From Dendrobates tinctorius (taxonomy: Eukaryota): a DNA stretch of 64,000 nt. Each line of letters starts with the position of its first letter. Within the stretch, counting starts at the first letter, position 1. Below the pieces are notes generated by a model, which saw only the letters and a program-made list of their open reading frames with translations, ran no database searches and was not told the DNA's origin. Below are positions 37,008 through 49,799 of this stretch, in pieces. The stretch is from NCBI RefSeq assembly GCF_039654945.1, contig NW_027361686.1:5828001-5892000 (forward strand), in the 5' to 3' direction. The position numbers and the translations under genes are program-made.

Positions 37008-38270
37008 GAGAAGAGAAAAGAACAATATCGGATGTGCACACCTAATTAATTAATACAAATATGTTTTATTAGCAATAATGGACAAATAAAAACTTGTAAA
37101 ACCACTTAAAGTAACACAAAGTGAAGTATGACCACACCCCTATATTCACAACAAGTAAAACAGCCACAGTAACATCGCAACCCACAATGTATGAGCGATA
37201 AAATAATACACTAAGATAAATGGTACAGCAATAGCAACGGCAATGTAATCCAATGATATACTCAATATGCACATCTGGAGTCGAGATCATATATAAAGAG
37301 GAATATATAGCTAACTCATAATAGGACCATGTGCCCTAAAAATGTAGAATATAGCCACATCCCATGGAACTGGTGAATACTGAGATCAAATGATGTCATT
37401 CATGAAACTCACAGCAAGACGCACCAATGGGTGTCCCTAGTGCACAGCGTAACCTAAGGATTGGTACACAGGCAGTCTAATCCAATAAGTCTTTGAATAA
37501 TCAAATAAAGTGAATGAAATAAAGCAAGCAAGATCATGGAGACATCAGGAGAGAAGAGTCATGAGTTTGGCCCTGATACAGTATATCAGTCATGAATAGT
37601 ATACCTGATCCCGTGGAAACAAAGGAAAGGGCTATAAATTAAAGAGACGATGATCCTGATTCAATAGAGTGCATATAGGAGATAAACAGCCATAATGAGT
37701 GGTTGTAAGAGCAGTAGGGGAGCGGGAATAGACCCCACACATATCGCTGCGACGCAGGAAGTACTACCCTTGACGAAGCTGCAGCGATACGCTTGGGCTT
37801 GCTATATCTCACTCACTTTATTTGATTATTGAAATGAATGACATTATTTGATCCCAGTATACACCGGTCCCATGGGATTTGGCTATATTCCACATTTTTA
37901 GGGCACATGGTCCTATTATGCGTTAGCTATATATTCCTCTGTATAAATGATCTTCACCCCAGATTTCCTAAGTAGGTCACATGTGCATATTGAGTATACT
38001 GGGCATCTATTTGACATCATTGGATAACATCGCCATTGCCATTGCTGTACCATTTATCTTTCTGTTTTATTACATCGCTCATATATTGTGGGTTACAATG
38101 CTAATGTGGTTGTTTTCCTTATTGTGAATATAGGGGTGTGGTTGTACTTCACTTTCTGTTGTTTTAGTCGGTTTTATGTTTTTTTTTGTCCATTAGTGCT
38201 GATAAAATATATTTTTATTCATTAATTAGGTGCGCCCATCCGATATGTATTGTTTTTTTCTCTTCTCTCT
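37008..38270. repeat. Large diverged inverted repeat, probably a Penelope-like terminal structure
   Basis: For example atatcggatgtgcacacctaattaat (37025) versus attaattaggtgcgcccatccgatat (38221); degenerate hammerhead-like motif near the centre. Confidence 0.7.
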
Positions 38271-38306
38271 GACATGTTTATTTACATACATGATTTAAGC
38301 CCCTTA

Positions 38307-38625
38307 GGCTGGGTTCACATAGCGTTCGGGTGCTGCGTTTAATGCATCCATTACATAGCGGCATTAATGCTATGTAACGGATGCGTTTACGCACCCATAG
38401 ACTGCTATAGACGAGCGCATCGCTGACGCATGTCATAATCGGCATGCGTTAGCGATGTGCCGTCATTCTGTGACGGACCCTCGGATGCAGTCTGCAGCGT
38501 CCGAGGGTCCATCACTGCTAGTGATGCGCGGTCGCATAACGCGATCCAAAAAAGGCAGTTGGGCTAGCGCAGTCCGTTTAACGCATATGTTGAACAGACT
38601 GCCCTAACGCAATCTGAACCTGGCC
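38307..38625. mobile_element. PIF/Harbinger MITE
   Basis: TTA|ggctgggttcacat ... atctgaacctggcc|TTA. Confidence 0.85.
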
Positions 38626-39859
38626 TTAGGTAGTTCTATTTTCATGGTCTATATTGAGTATTCAGTGGACCCTACTTAGACATACATTGATGTGCTGATA
38701 CAGTAGCATATATAAATGCCAAGACTTCATCAAGAGAAATGACAGTGCTTCATAATATGTCATATAAGAAAAATATGTAAAATAAAAATATGTAGCTCAT
38801 GTGATACATAATCTGAGATTTACAATGGCCATAATAAGGTGCAATGGCAAAAGCCATTGACCCAACAATAAATAAATATCAGTCCCTGCATGCAGCATGT
38901 ATAGGTAAGGCTGTGTGGCCAAGACCTAACCATATAACAAGCGTTTCGCTCAACCTTCTTCAGGGAATGGGGAGGTGGAGGACGGAGAAGGAATACATAG
39001 GGCACAGATAGGTATAGTGAGGATAATCATTCAAATCAGCGCACCATGCTTAGCATAAGTGGGTGACACCACAGAGAGCAAGTCATAAAGTGTAGGGATT
39101 GTAGGGTTACAGTCATTTTATCAGTGATTGTACAATTGTGAAATTGATTTCTTTATAAAAAAAGCATCTTCATGAAGATAATTATCACGCAAACAAAAAT
39201 GCAATACTGCTGGACCGTTTTTAGTGTAACATATTCTTGCTACATTTGAAAAGTACATTTTCTTTGTCAGCCATATTTTCTCTGGATTGAAAATTACCCT
39301 TGATAGCATGAAAATCCATTGTGTAATTCCCTCAAAAATAAGAAATTGGCAAAGAAAGATATCTGATTTTCTATCGGATTGTTCTGCTGTAGCGACAACT
39401 ATTTTGATATCAATGGGAGAATACTGACGACGATTCCTTATTTGAATGCTGTCTTTTTTAGAAAAAGTCAATCTATAGCAGCGCTTAGCTAAATAAAACC
39501 AAAGGAAACATTGTTAGTGTTGTATAAGCTAAAGAAAGTTTGCTCGAAAGAGAAGTCATCTGATTGCTTGCTGTCGGCAATATTTGGACATTTTTCTTGG
39601 CAAACCTTTTATGTATATGGTCACAAAAAAAGTAGAGATTCCACTTTAGAAAGAATCATCTAATGGTAGGAGTATTGGAGGCAATACTGTCTATAAAAGA
39701 AGCATTTAGAAAACCTCACTATCAGAAGAAAGAAAATAGTTTCTGGCACCACCAATGAGTTGCAAACATGCTAAGTCAATACTGGATCCCGAGAAAGCCT
39801 TGAATGTATGACACACATTGTCAACCAAGCCAGAGGCGCCCTTTAATCTCTAGCGCCAT

Positions 39860-40055
39860 TCGACAGTTTGATGGGTTTGTCACCCATTTTCTAAGTAAAT
39901 ATATTTCTAAAGGTGTTATTGCCCTGAAATTCTCACAAGATGTCGGTAACAACCCATCCAATCCACACAGGCAAAGAAATCAAACCATACAGTATATGTC
40001 TATACACTTTGTGTAATAATAAGAAATAACACAGGGAAAAAGCATAAGTATACTT
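39860..40055. mobile_element. Tc1 terminal-region remnant
   Basis: Resembles Tc1 long-IR sequence (ggtaacaacccatccaatccacacaggcaaagaaatcaaacc...cagggaaaaag); recognition only. Confidence 0.4.
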
Positions 40056-41599
40056 ATTCCACCCGTGGTCAATACTTATTTCAACCGCTCACCAAACCTG
40101 TTATGGCTTAATCTAGCGCATTCAGCAGCTTAAGCACGGTTTGTCCATGTATTCCATGCATTCAAACATCTGATGCATTTCAGCTTTTTCATAGCCATAG
40201 ATTATTTATGGTTACTTCTGGTTTTAGCACGTGCGGAATAAAGTTACAATAACCACAGAGTTTTCTCAAGAAGGACGGAGTGCTGGCCTTTCTCTAATTA
40301 AAATCAAATTGTGGTTTGTTTTTTTAACCATGAAAAGGGTGCTAGTCCAGCACCAAAACGCGTTGATTAATTAAAGCCTTTATTTCATACCATCGAGGAT
40401 TCTTCATTTCCACAAGCGCAGCCCAGGTACCATGATCTCTCCACTAAAGAGAAATAATTTAACACTTTAAACCTTTCACAACATATGCCATACTTGTAAG
40501 GTGCTGTGAGAAGTGTGTTTTCACTGGCTTGCAGAGAGAAGAAGCTCCATATCTGCTTCGACTAGCACAATGTGGTTATGATCGCATTGTGTAGATAGTA
40601 TCCATCTATGGCCATAAAGTTCCTGCTCAGAACAGGACCTGACATGCCTCCTCCCTGTATGCAATGCACTGATCTAATATTCATTTAAAATAGTTTTAGA
40701 TCAGGGAAGGGAAAATTAATGTCCCATCCTGGGATGAAGTAAATAAGAATTTGTCAATTTTTGTTTACATTTTTATTAAAAAATCATCATAAAAAACACA
40801 AATAATAAAAAAAAATTACTGTATGTACTTGAGTATAAGCCAAGTTCCTCAGCACATTTTTTGTGTTGAAAATGCCCCCCCTCAGCTTCAACTCAAGTGA
40901 AGCTCCCAGAAGATGGAGGGGGAGCGGCAGTGGCAGAGCAGCGAGTCACTGGAGGCAGGAGCAGGCTGCTGCGGCTAAAGCCTGTGCCAGCTGCTAAAGA
41001 GAAATTAATATTTACTGCACTGGCAGTGAATATTCATTTCTCTGTAATAGCGTGCACAGTGTCAGCCGCAGCCGCCGGCTTCCCGCAGCTGCCGGGGAGT
41101 CACGTGAGCCCGCTACTTATAAGGAATGAGTATTCACTTCTCTCTACTCCCATGGGCATGGAGAGAAGTGCATATTTATTGTAAGTAGCGGGAACACGTG
41201 ACTGAGGCTGACACTGTGCGCCTGACACTGCCTTCCATTCACATAGTCCCGGCGTGGAGAGCAGTGAGTATACCGTCAGCTGTGCTGTGCTTGTGAGCAG
41301 CACATGACGTCCCTGCCATGCACTGCTTACAAACATAAAGCAGCTGCTGGCACTGGAAAAAGAAGCTGCGAGGGAGTGCAGGAAGGTGAGCAGGATGTTT
41401 TTTTTAATGTTTTTTGATTGGGGTCAAGCATACATGTTAAGTCGAATAATAAGAAATGTTCACTACTTGCCTGCTCCTGTCCTAATGGATATTGATCAAG
41501 TGCGCACTAAAGAATCACACCAGACACACAGTCGGATGTAACCTCTCTTTGATCAATCTATGGCACAGCTCCAAGAGAGCTTTGTTAATCCAAACATAG

Positions 41600-41830
41600 G
41601 TTTATATATCCCCTGTAAGGGGGCTTGGATAGCTCTAAAATGGGAGTGATAGGTCGTATTCCATTGGTTAGAGTTTTGGGCAGTGAGCTAGTCCATGGGG
41701 CGGATCCACGAGTCATCAGGCTGGGTTGGTCCATGAGGTCATTAGAGTTGGCCTCATCGAAGGGTGGATCCATGAGGTCATCAGAGTGGGCGTCATCATG
41801 GGCAGATCCATGAGGTCATCAGGGTGGGCG
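41600..41830 (-). promoter_or_regulatory. ERV LTR U3 promoter: TATATAAA, CCAAT and repeated TGACCTCA motifs
   Basis: Plus strand reads gtttatatatcccc (41601), ccattggtt (41661), tgaggtca x3 (41734-41817); the same motifs occur in the other LTR at 56250-56470. Confidence 0.6.
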
Positions 41831-42105
41831 TCATCTTGGATACCAGCACATGGAGCTGATGGTGTGTGGTGAAACAGGAAATGGCAGCCATCTCTAGTGT
41901 CACACTTTGATCTGAAAAAGCTCATGTTAAGTGAAATAATACATTTTGTGGGTAATTACTCTCAATCTCTTATGTCTTGAGGTTAATTAAGTATTTGATC
42001 TTAAGGCTCTCCTCAACAGTCCCCCCTAAATACTTTATTAACCTTTTTTTCTTGATTTTACTGTGGTTCCCTAACCCATTAGTATTAAGTGTCACTATGA
42101 CATCA

Positions 42106-42760
42106 TGTCACGATATGTGACTGGCCCTGCGTGACGCGACCCGACGATTGGTCGGTCACCTAAACAACTGGACAAACAAGGGAACACAATTACAATGGTA
42201 GGTCCTGCTATAGGGAAAGGGAAAAGGGACACCTCCTGCACTCTCCTATGGATGCGCTCTGATCTCCCTGATGTCCCTATATAGGTTCTTTCAACCTGTC
42301 GCCGAGCAGGATACCTTAGCCCTCACTTGCCCTGTACCTATCCCTCAATAGGGAATTGGTAAGTGCGGACACTGGTCCCACCACTGCACTAATATAACAC
42401 CAAGGAAAGATAACAGACAAGGTAAGACAAACAACACTTAGCTTACTCTGCAGCAATGCACCGAACAGCAGAGTAAGGCACCAGATCAGCATTTAGCTGA
42501 AGCACCACTGCACTCAGCCAGCTCCTGTCTTCACCACGGTTGGTATCCAAAAGGAAGTGTATCACCAACAGTCAGCTGATGCACCAGGTGACCTTATATA
42601 GGAAGGTGGGAGTGGTCACTACCAGCCCCAGCAGACTAACTAAACATGTAGCAACACCAGCGGCCACCGGGGGGAAAAACTGGCATTAACCCCTGATGGC
42701 CAGAAAGGAAAAAAGTTTGTATCTGAGAAGCCCAAACTGACACAGATCCAAAACTGGTAA
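42106..42760. mobile_element. Truncated solo LTR inserted in the ERV env region
   Basis: Starts tgtcacg; shares atagggaaa and cccaccactgcactaa with the LTR at 45330-46432. Confidence 0.55.
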
Positions 42761-43319
42761 ATAACCAAAACATTCACCTTGAGAAAGACACCTTTGAGTG
42801 TTGTAACGTGTGGGTCTGCTTAGTCCGTGTTCTCCACTTGGCATTATCACTGCTCTCTAGGTTATGGGGCAACCTTCTTGACTGAGAGTAGACTAAAATG
42901 TGAATAGAGGCAAGCTAATACTTCACCCTAGACACTCAGTTTACTCATTGTCTGGGTGAGTTCTTTAGGCTTAATCTATTGTGCAGGGGTCAGAGGCATT
43001 TTGGGCTATGCCCTATTAACTAACTATGTCCTTGCCAGATTCAGTTTTTATCCCCTGCTGTTCAGGTGTGAATGTTATCATGCAATATGTCTAACAGCGT
43101 TTTTCTATATGATATTATGCATTAACTCTGTATATTAAGAGATTTTGTAGCCAGTGGAGACTTTCTTGAATATTATATTCTTGATTTTGCATCAATAGTG
43201 TATGTTCTTATGGACGTTTTTAACTGTTTTTAAACGTGTGTTTTTTTCTTGTCTGAAAATAAAAACTTTGGTATTTTTTTCATATTTTGTGGGGATCCTT
43301 ATTCTATCCATGTACTTTC

Positions 43320-43592
43320 TCAAAATGGATCGTGACACATCAGAGGCGTCATGACAATACGGATGCTATAGATACCAGAGAATGTGTGACCAATTATGGG
43401 TATATCGGGAGGTAAATAGGAGCGTGCTACCCATGTCCTGGGGACTTTCCAACCTGCTGGGTCCATTACTCTCCAATCTCCCATCACCATGGTTACAAAA
43501 TATACACATGTGACTAACCCTGATGTACACATCCTAGATATGACCGTCTCATCTGGGAGGGGGGAATTGGAGTCTTCACCAGTTTGAGACAA
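43320..43592 (-). pseudogene. Possible N-terminal remnant of ERV env
   Basis: Open frame just downstream of the integrase end, with hydrophobic LVTCVYFVTMVMG; position is the only other support. Confidence 0.4.
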
Positions 43593-43664
43593 GTTTTCGC
43601 TTGTCCAAAACCTCCCTTTGTAGCTGGACTTTGATAAGCAGGTCAGATCCTACTCTGTCCCTAC

Positions 43665-45329
43665 CTGTCTGATTAGTTTACAGTATGAGAGATGGATCCA
43701 GGAGGCGCTCAGCAATCCTGTCCGAAGTAGGAGTGGTCCGGACCACTGGGTAGGGACCCTCAAATCTCAACTTCAGGGATGTTTTTCTGATGAACTTCTT
43801 TCCTAGCACGTAGTCATCAGGTTGGAAAGTATGGGTATCTTCACTGGAATCTGGATCTGGAATGGATGATAAAACTCATGCATATGTTAGTGACAGTTCT
43901 TTAGTAAGGGCAATGTCATAATTTACAAGAGTATCACTTCCTAAGGCTAGCTGTTGTGGAAAATATTGACCCAACCTTGGAATCCTCCAAAAAGAAACTC
44001 GTATGGTGTGAGTTTAGTGGGACCCCTCGGAGTGTTTCTGACTGAGTATAAGGCAATGGGTCTGTCCAAGGAAGTCAGACCTCCTGACAGGCTTTCACTA
44101 TTTTATTTTTCAAGGTGGCATTCAGTCTTTCTACTTTTTCATTGCTCTGAGGGTGATATGGAGTGTGTAAACCCAAATAAGCCCCTACCAATGTCCATAG
44201 TTCCTTAGTCAGTGCTGCAATGAATACAGGTCCTTGGTCACTCTCACTTACTTCTGTGTCCCCATATCTGCATACTACTTCAGTCATCAGTATCTTAACA
44301 ATCACTCTGGCTGTCAGGTTGGTTGCTGGATAGGCTTTGGGTCAGCCTGAGAAAATGTCAGTCACTACCAGTACATACTTGTACTTCCCTACTTTCGGCA
44401 TTTGAATATGATCGATTTGAATTCTCTGAAAGGGATAGAGTGGTTTAGCCAAATGTTTCTGAGTAACTTTTTGAGGCTGTGCTTGATTGCATGTTGAACA
44501 CACAAGGCAGGACTTGCAATATTTTTGGGTGACAGTAGAGTTCCCAGGTGCCATATAAGTCTTCCAAATCAAGTAATTCATCGGATTCCTGCCTCTATGA
44601 GTGATACCGTGTGCCCATTCTGTCACTGAGGGGTACAAATTACATGGTAGACAGATCTTTTTGTTCATCCTCCAGACTCCATCTTCATCCTTTCTTGCTC
44701 CTCCCTCTTGCCACGATGACTTATTTTCATTATCTGGTGTATTGTCTTGATGTAGATCGATAAACCTCATAAGAGAGCTTTGAGGCCATTCTTCAGTGTC
44801 TTGTGACACATACACCGCTGCTTTCTCTTTCCCAAATGGATCTGCAGCATAAGTTTTTGCTGTTTTGTCAGAAAAGTTCTCCCTTGCTTCTGGAGAATCC
44901 AGTCTCCCATTAGCTTTGATCTTGATCACTGCAACCTCCGAGGGTAGGTCTAGAGTGGCCACAAGTTCTTGTATGGAAGCAGCAAGTTTTACAGGAGTTC
45001 CACTGAATGTATGGTATCCTCTGGCTGCCCAGATAGTGCCGAAGTCATGAGCCACTCCAAAAGCATATCTTAAATCCGTGCAGATGTTGACCACCTTCTC
45101 CGTCGCTTCCTGACAAGCCAGTGTCAAAGCCTTAAGCTCCGCTTCTTGTGCAGACATGTGCGGTGGTAGGTATCCGGCTGAGATGACCTGGTCATGTGTA
45201 ACCACGGCATATCCCGTATGGAACCTTCCTGTTTCATCTGCAGATCTGGAACCATCAGTGAAGAACGTCAGGTCGGCATGTGGGAATGGGTCTTCAGACA
45301 CATTTTTCTTGGAGGGTGCTTCTTCCTGC
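43665..45329 (-). pseudogene. ERV pol: RNase H and integrase
   Basis: FFTDGS, SAQEAELKAL, HHCC motif (WAHGITH...CKSCLVC), PFQRIQIDHI, SDQGPVF, YHPQSNEKVERLN, FEGPY and WIHLS. Confidence 0.93.
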
Positions 45330-48111
45330 TGTCATGGTCACGCGTGTCTGGACGCAGATGTTACCGCAAGGCGAACCCATAACACACGTGACCCTGGATA
45401 CAGCGCCTCCAGTGGGGCGAATTTAAATAATAATACGTGCAGATGGATACACCGCCTCCACCTGGCGAATTTAGGTATTACACGTTAATATAAATTCTGG
45501 AAACTCCGCTTCCAGTACGGCGAATTTAAATAATAAGGGGGACCTGGGAAACATTAACAATGGTGGGCCCTGCGATAGGGAAAAGGGAATTGGAGACCTC
45601 CTGAGCCAGTGTCCCTGCATTCCAAACGTTCCCTATGCCGGTTCCGCACCGGGCGCCGCACGCGTACCTCAACGCCCTTGCTCGCCCTTACCCTAAACCC
45701 TCACTAGGGAATAGGGCGGTGCGGAGACTAATCCCACCACTGCACTAACAACACACATGAGGGAAAGAGACAATACAGGGGGACACCACTTAGCTTTATG
45801 CTCTGTGCTTATGCTCCTGCAACAGAGCCCTCCACCTGCGTGCGTCTTCTCCTCCACCCGGATCCATCACCATAACAGGATCCTTCACCATAGAGCAGCC
45901 TTGGAGCAGAGTCCACCACCAGTTGCTGCTGCTTAGTAACAGAGTCCCAAAGACGAGTTCAGCTTCTGACACGAAGTCAAGCATGCTTGAGTCCAGCTCA
46001 GCAGCCAAGTCCCACATGGTGAGTGCCACTCTCCATAGTCGCCACTCCACCAGTCCATGCAGACACTTCCCGCTGACACCATCACTGCGACCCCACCACG
46101 CCATGCCAGCCCTTCGTCCAGACACCATAGCTGACACACGTCCCCCCTGGCTAAGCTGCGCAGGACTCCTCCTCAGCTCCATCCTTCCACCAGGCTCTCA
46201 CCAACTCAGAATCAATGAAAGAATGAATATCACCAGCAGTGATTGCACACCCTGAGACTCATTTATAGAGCCCCACACCTGAATCATAATTACAGAGAAC
46301 TTTAAACTAAAAACCTAAGGTGCGATACCACTAACCACCACTGGGGACAGTCAAGTCACCTTGGCAACTTGCCAAAAGGAAAAAAGTTCACCCTGTGCTT
46401 TTAAAACTGTCAGATCACTTCAGATCATGACAGTACCCCCTCCTTAATGAGGGGCCTCTGGACCCTCAAGACCACTCCTCATTAGGGAAACACCTACAGC
46501 GGGGACGCCCCGATCCTGAGTTCACCCCACCACTACCTGACACTTCAGGTTAATGACAAACGCACCGCTGGAATTGGCAATGATGTTCGTTCTGGAGGCA
46601 CCACTCATCTCCACAGTGCCAACCTGGGGAACGAGGTTATGTATGTGTATGTTTGTTATGAGCTGATCAGGCTCCACAACACTTCACCAGATGTTTTTTG
46701 GTGGCCACCATACATGCTTGTTCACACACAGGTCCGGACCTGAACGTTTATTGCACACATTCGTTTGTCATATTTTGGTGAACTCATTCTGGACTTGACA
46801 ACAAGGGAGTCCCCCTGGCTCACCACACTCACACCCCCACTATTCACCAAGGGGTCACCACCCTCCAACCCTCTTCACCATGAGGTCTGCGCCTCCCAGG
46901 GTTGGTTAATGGCGAGGGTTGAGATTTGTCCCTACTCCCCCGCAGCACACCTGCTGCTCACACGAGGAGGAGAGGGAACGGATATGGAGGAAATATACAC
47001 TCACTGGTCGCCTCCACACGACCAGGAGGGAACGGCATTAAAGATTTGGCGTGAGCCCCGCGGACTCTACACCAGTCTGCTCATCACTGGAACGTACCCC
47101 TTCACCTCGGGGAATACCAAGCAGCTCCGTGGGGCACCATTCCTCCCACCTGCCTGGGTACGCCCGCGTGCATGAGCAAGTCCCGCTCCCCAGCAGCGAC
47201 TCTAGGGGCTTTTAGCCAGATCACAGCCGCCATTTTGATTTTCTGGTTGAGCCAAAGGAAAGGCCCCAGACCCTGATAATTGCTGCCGCAGCTGCTTCAC
47301 CACCATGCAGCTCCTCACTCACCTCAGTGAAGCCCAGCAGCAATTGCTCACAGGTCTCCACATGGCCAAAAGCTCACCAGAAAAAAGGTAAGGCTGGTGA
47401 TATTGTCACGGTCACGTGTGTCGGGACGCAGATGTTACCGCAAGGCGAACCCATAACACACGTGACCCTGGATACAGCGCCTCCAGTGGGGCGAATTTAA
47501 ATAATAAAACGTGCAGATGGATACACCACCTCCACCCGGATCCATCACCATAACAGGATCCTTCACCATAGAGCAGCCTTGGAGCAGAGTCCACCACCAG
47601 TTGCTGCTGCTTAGTAACAGAGTCCCAAAGACGAGTTCAGCTTCTGACACGAAGTCAAGCATGCTTGAGTGCAGCTCAGCAGCCAAGTCCCACATGGTGA
47701 GTGCCACTCTCCATAGTCGCCACTCCACCAGTCCATGCAGACACTTCCCGCTGACACCATCACTGCGACCCCACCACGCCATGCCAGCCCTTCATCCAGA
47801 CACCATAGCTGACACACGTCCCCCCTGGCTAAGCTGCGCAGGACTCCTCCTCAGCTCCATCCTTCCACCAGGCTCTCACCAACTCAGAATCAATGAAAGA
47901 ATGAATATCACCAGCAGTGATTGCACACCCTGAGACTCATTTATAGAGCCCCACACCTGAATCATAATTACAGAGAACTTTAAACTAAAAACCTAAGGTG
48001 CGATACCACTAACCACCACCGGGGACAGTCAAGTCACCTTGGCAACTTGCCAAAAGGAAAAAAAGTTCACCCTTTGCTTTTAAAACTGTCAGATCACTTC
48101 AGATCATGACA
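45330..48111 (-). mobile_element. Small non-autonomous LTR retrotransposon inserted in ERV pol
   Basis: LTRs 45330-46432 and 47404-48111 (tgtca...tgaca); 5-bp TSD cctgc; minus-strand PPT aaggagggggtac; about 970-bp internal part without pol. Confidence 0.92.
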
Positions 48112-48560
48112 CCTGCATTTGTTCGAGACAGTCATGATCCTCTGAGTGTAAAGGCGTCTTCACCGAGAGCATCAGTATCATCATTCACATCCCCCTGGAA
48201 AGAGGAAGCAGTGTGGACGGGTTAAGGATGGTGCAGCGGATAAGAGTGACATTATCCGGCATCAAGAAGGAACATTGAAGTCTCATATGACGCTGCAGTG
48301 ACAAAAGCTATTCTTGACCATACTCAACCTAAGCACCTATGTCATGTGGAGCCATTAAGAAAACCGGATGTCCTAAGATGATATCAGAAGTTTTGTCCAG
48401 AAGCATATGTGCAGTATGTACGGCTCTGAGGCAAGTCGGGGAAGCTTGAGACTCAGAGTCTAGGCAGGCAGAGTAATAGCCGATTGGTCTTGTTCTTCCC
48501 CCATGTTTCTGTGCTAGGACTCCAGAAGCATGTCCTGCTACTTCACTGAAAAATAAGTAG
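48112..48560 (-). pseudogene. ERV pol RT connection-region remnant
   Basis: Minus strand reads GHASGVLAQKHGGRTRPIGYYS...PTCLRAV and later ITL..CTILNP. Confidence 0.8.
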
Positions 48561-48651
48561 TTAGATGAGCATGATATCTCACCACCGATTCCCCTGGTTC
48601 CTGCGTGACATCCTTGAAAGGTGTTGACTGATCAGCCAACTTATCCGAGGC

Positions 48652-48948
48652 TCATATCTTAAGTTGTTGGCAGAACTCAACACCAGAGTCCCATGTGGTG
48701 CCACTGGCAAGTGAGGCATCATTGAACGTGATTTCCATAACAGGACAATGTGCATTGCCTGCTTTACGATTTGTCAGGGAAATGAGATCTTGCCACGTGG
48801 ATGAGTAATTTCTTTTGATTTGAAGCATGCTTCTGTAGAAAGGCATTGGCTGTTTTTCTGGATCTGGAAGTTGGTTCAACAGAGTAGCAGCTTGCTGGGG
48901 TGTAAACTTGATGTAGAGGGTGGGCTCCTCTGACATGAGCATTGGCAC
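48652..48948 (-). pseudogene. ERV gag capsid N-terminal remnant
   Basis: YIKFT...LPDPEKQPMPFY...YSSTWQDLISL resembles the class I capsid N-terminal pattern; lies upstream of pol. Confidence 0.7.
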
Positions 48949-49129
48949 TGTTAGGCAGGAGTAGAGGTGGCACCGGGAGTACAGATGTAATCACTTGTGT
49001 ATGAGAAGCAGGAGGAGGTAACAGTGTTGGAATGAGGGGCTCTATTTGGGCAGCTTCAATATCATGCGGTGGAGTCCAAGTGACGCAGACAGTCTTAAAA
49101 GCTTTAACAATCCTGTCCTCATTACTAAT

Positions 49130-49425
49130 TAACCTGATTTCGGAGAGGCAGCAAATGCTTGGGGGGGCTACACTTGTTCATGCATGTGCAAGAGATATTG
49201 TTGGAATTATAATGAACAGGGAAACCAAAAATGCCAACACCAATAGCGGGAATTGTCAAGGTCTCAATCTGCTCAATAATATTCGCATACTCTAAAATGT
49301 GAGTTATTGTTGTGCTAAGTTGCTGAGCACTAACGTCTGGATGAATAGGGTCACAAGTAGGGGTCACAGCGTGTATGATCAGACTACATAGAAGATTGCC
49401 AGATTTAGTAACCGCTATGTCCCCA
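49130..49425 (-). pseudogene. Macrodomain, C-terminal half (within ERV gag)
   Basis: GDIAVTKSGNLLCSLIIHAVTP...ETLTIPAIGVGIFGFP. Confidence 0.88.
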
Positions 49426-49799
49426 TGTTCGGTGTCGGGTTCCTGCAGCGGCACAGCAGGAATCCAGAGCCTGACATTGTGCGGTCTCCCATGCTCCATC
49501 GCCCGCAGAGGAGCTTGCTCAGCAGCCCCATCGTTCCCAACGCTCTGCCAAGACCTGCTCTGTGGGTCTGGCTGTTGCTGCCACCTTTGGGCCAGCAATA
49601 GCAATGCAGGCTGCTCAGCTGCAAACTGCTCCAGAGGCTAAGTCCTTCTGTCGCTCCACTGAGCATGCTCACAAGACGATCTCCCGCTGGAGATCGGGAG
49701 TCACATGCACAGGTCCTTCTCCAGATCTGATTGGTCCATCTCAGGGATCTGGAAGCTTCCGGAAGGTCCTGGCTATAAAAGGTTCACATGGCTGCTCGG

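Noticed and set aside
39121-39471. 116-aa minus-strand ORF
   Set aside because: AT-rich, non-ATG start and no recognisable motif.
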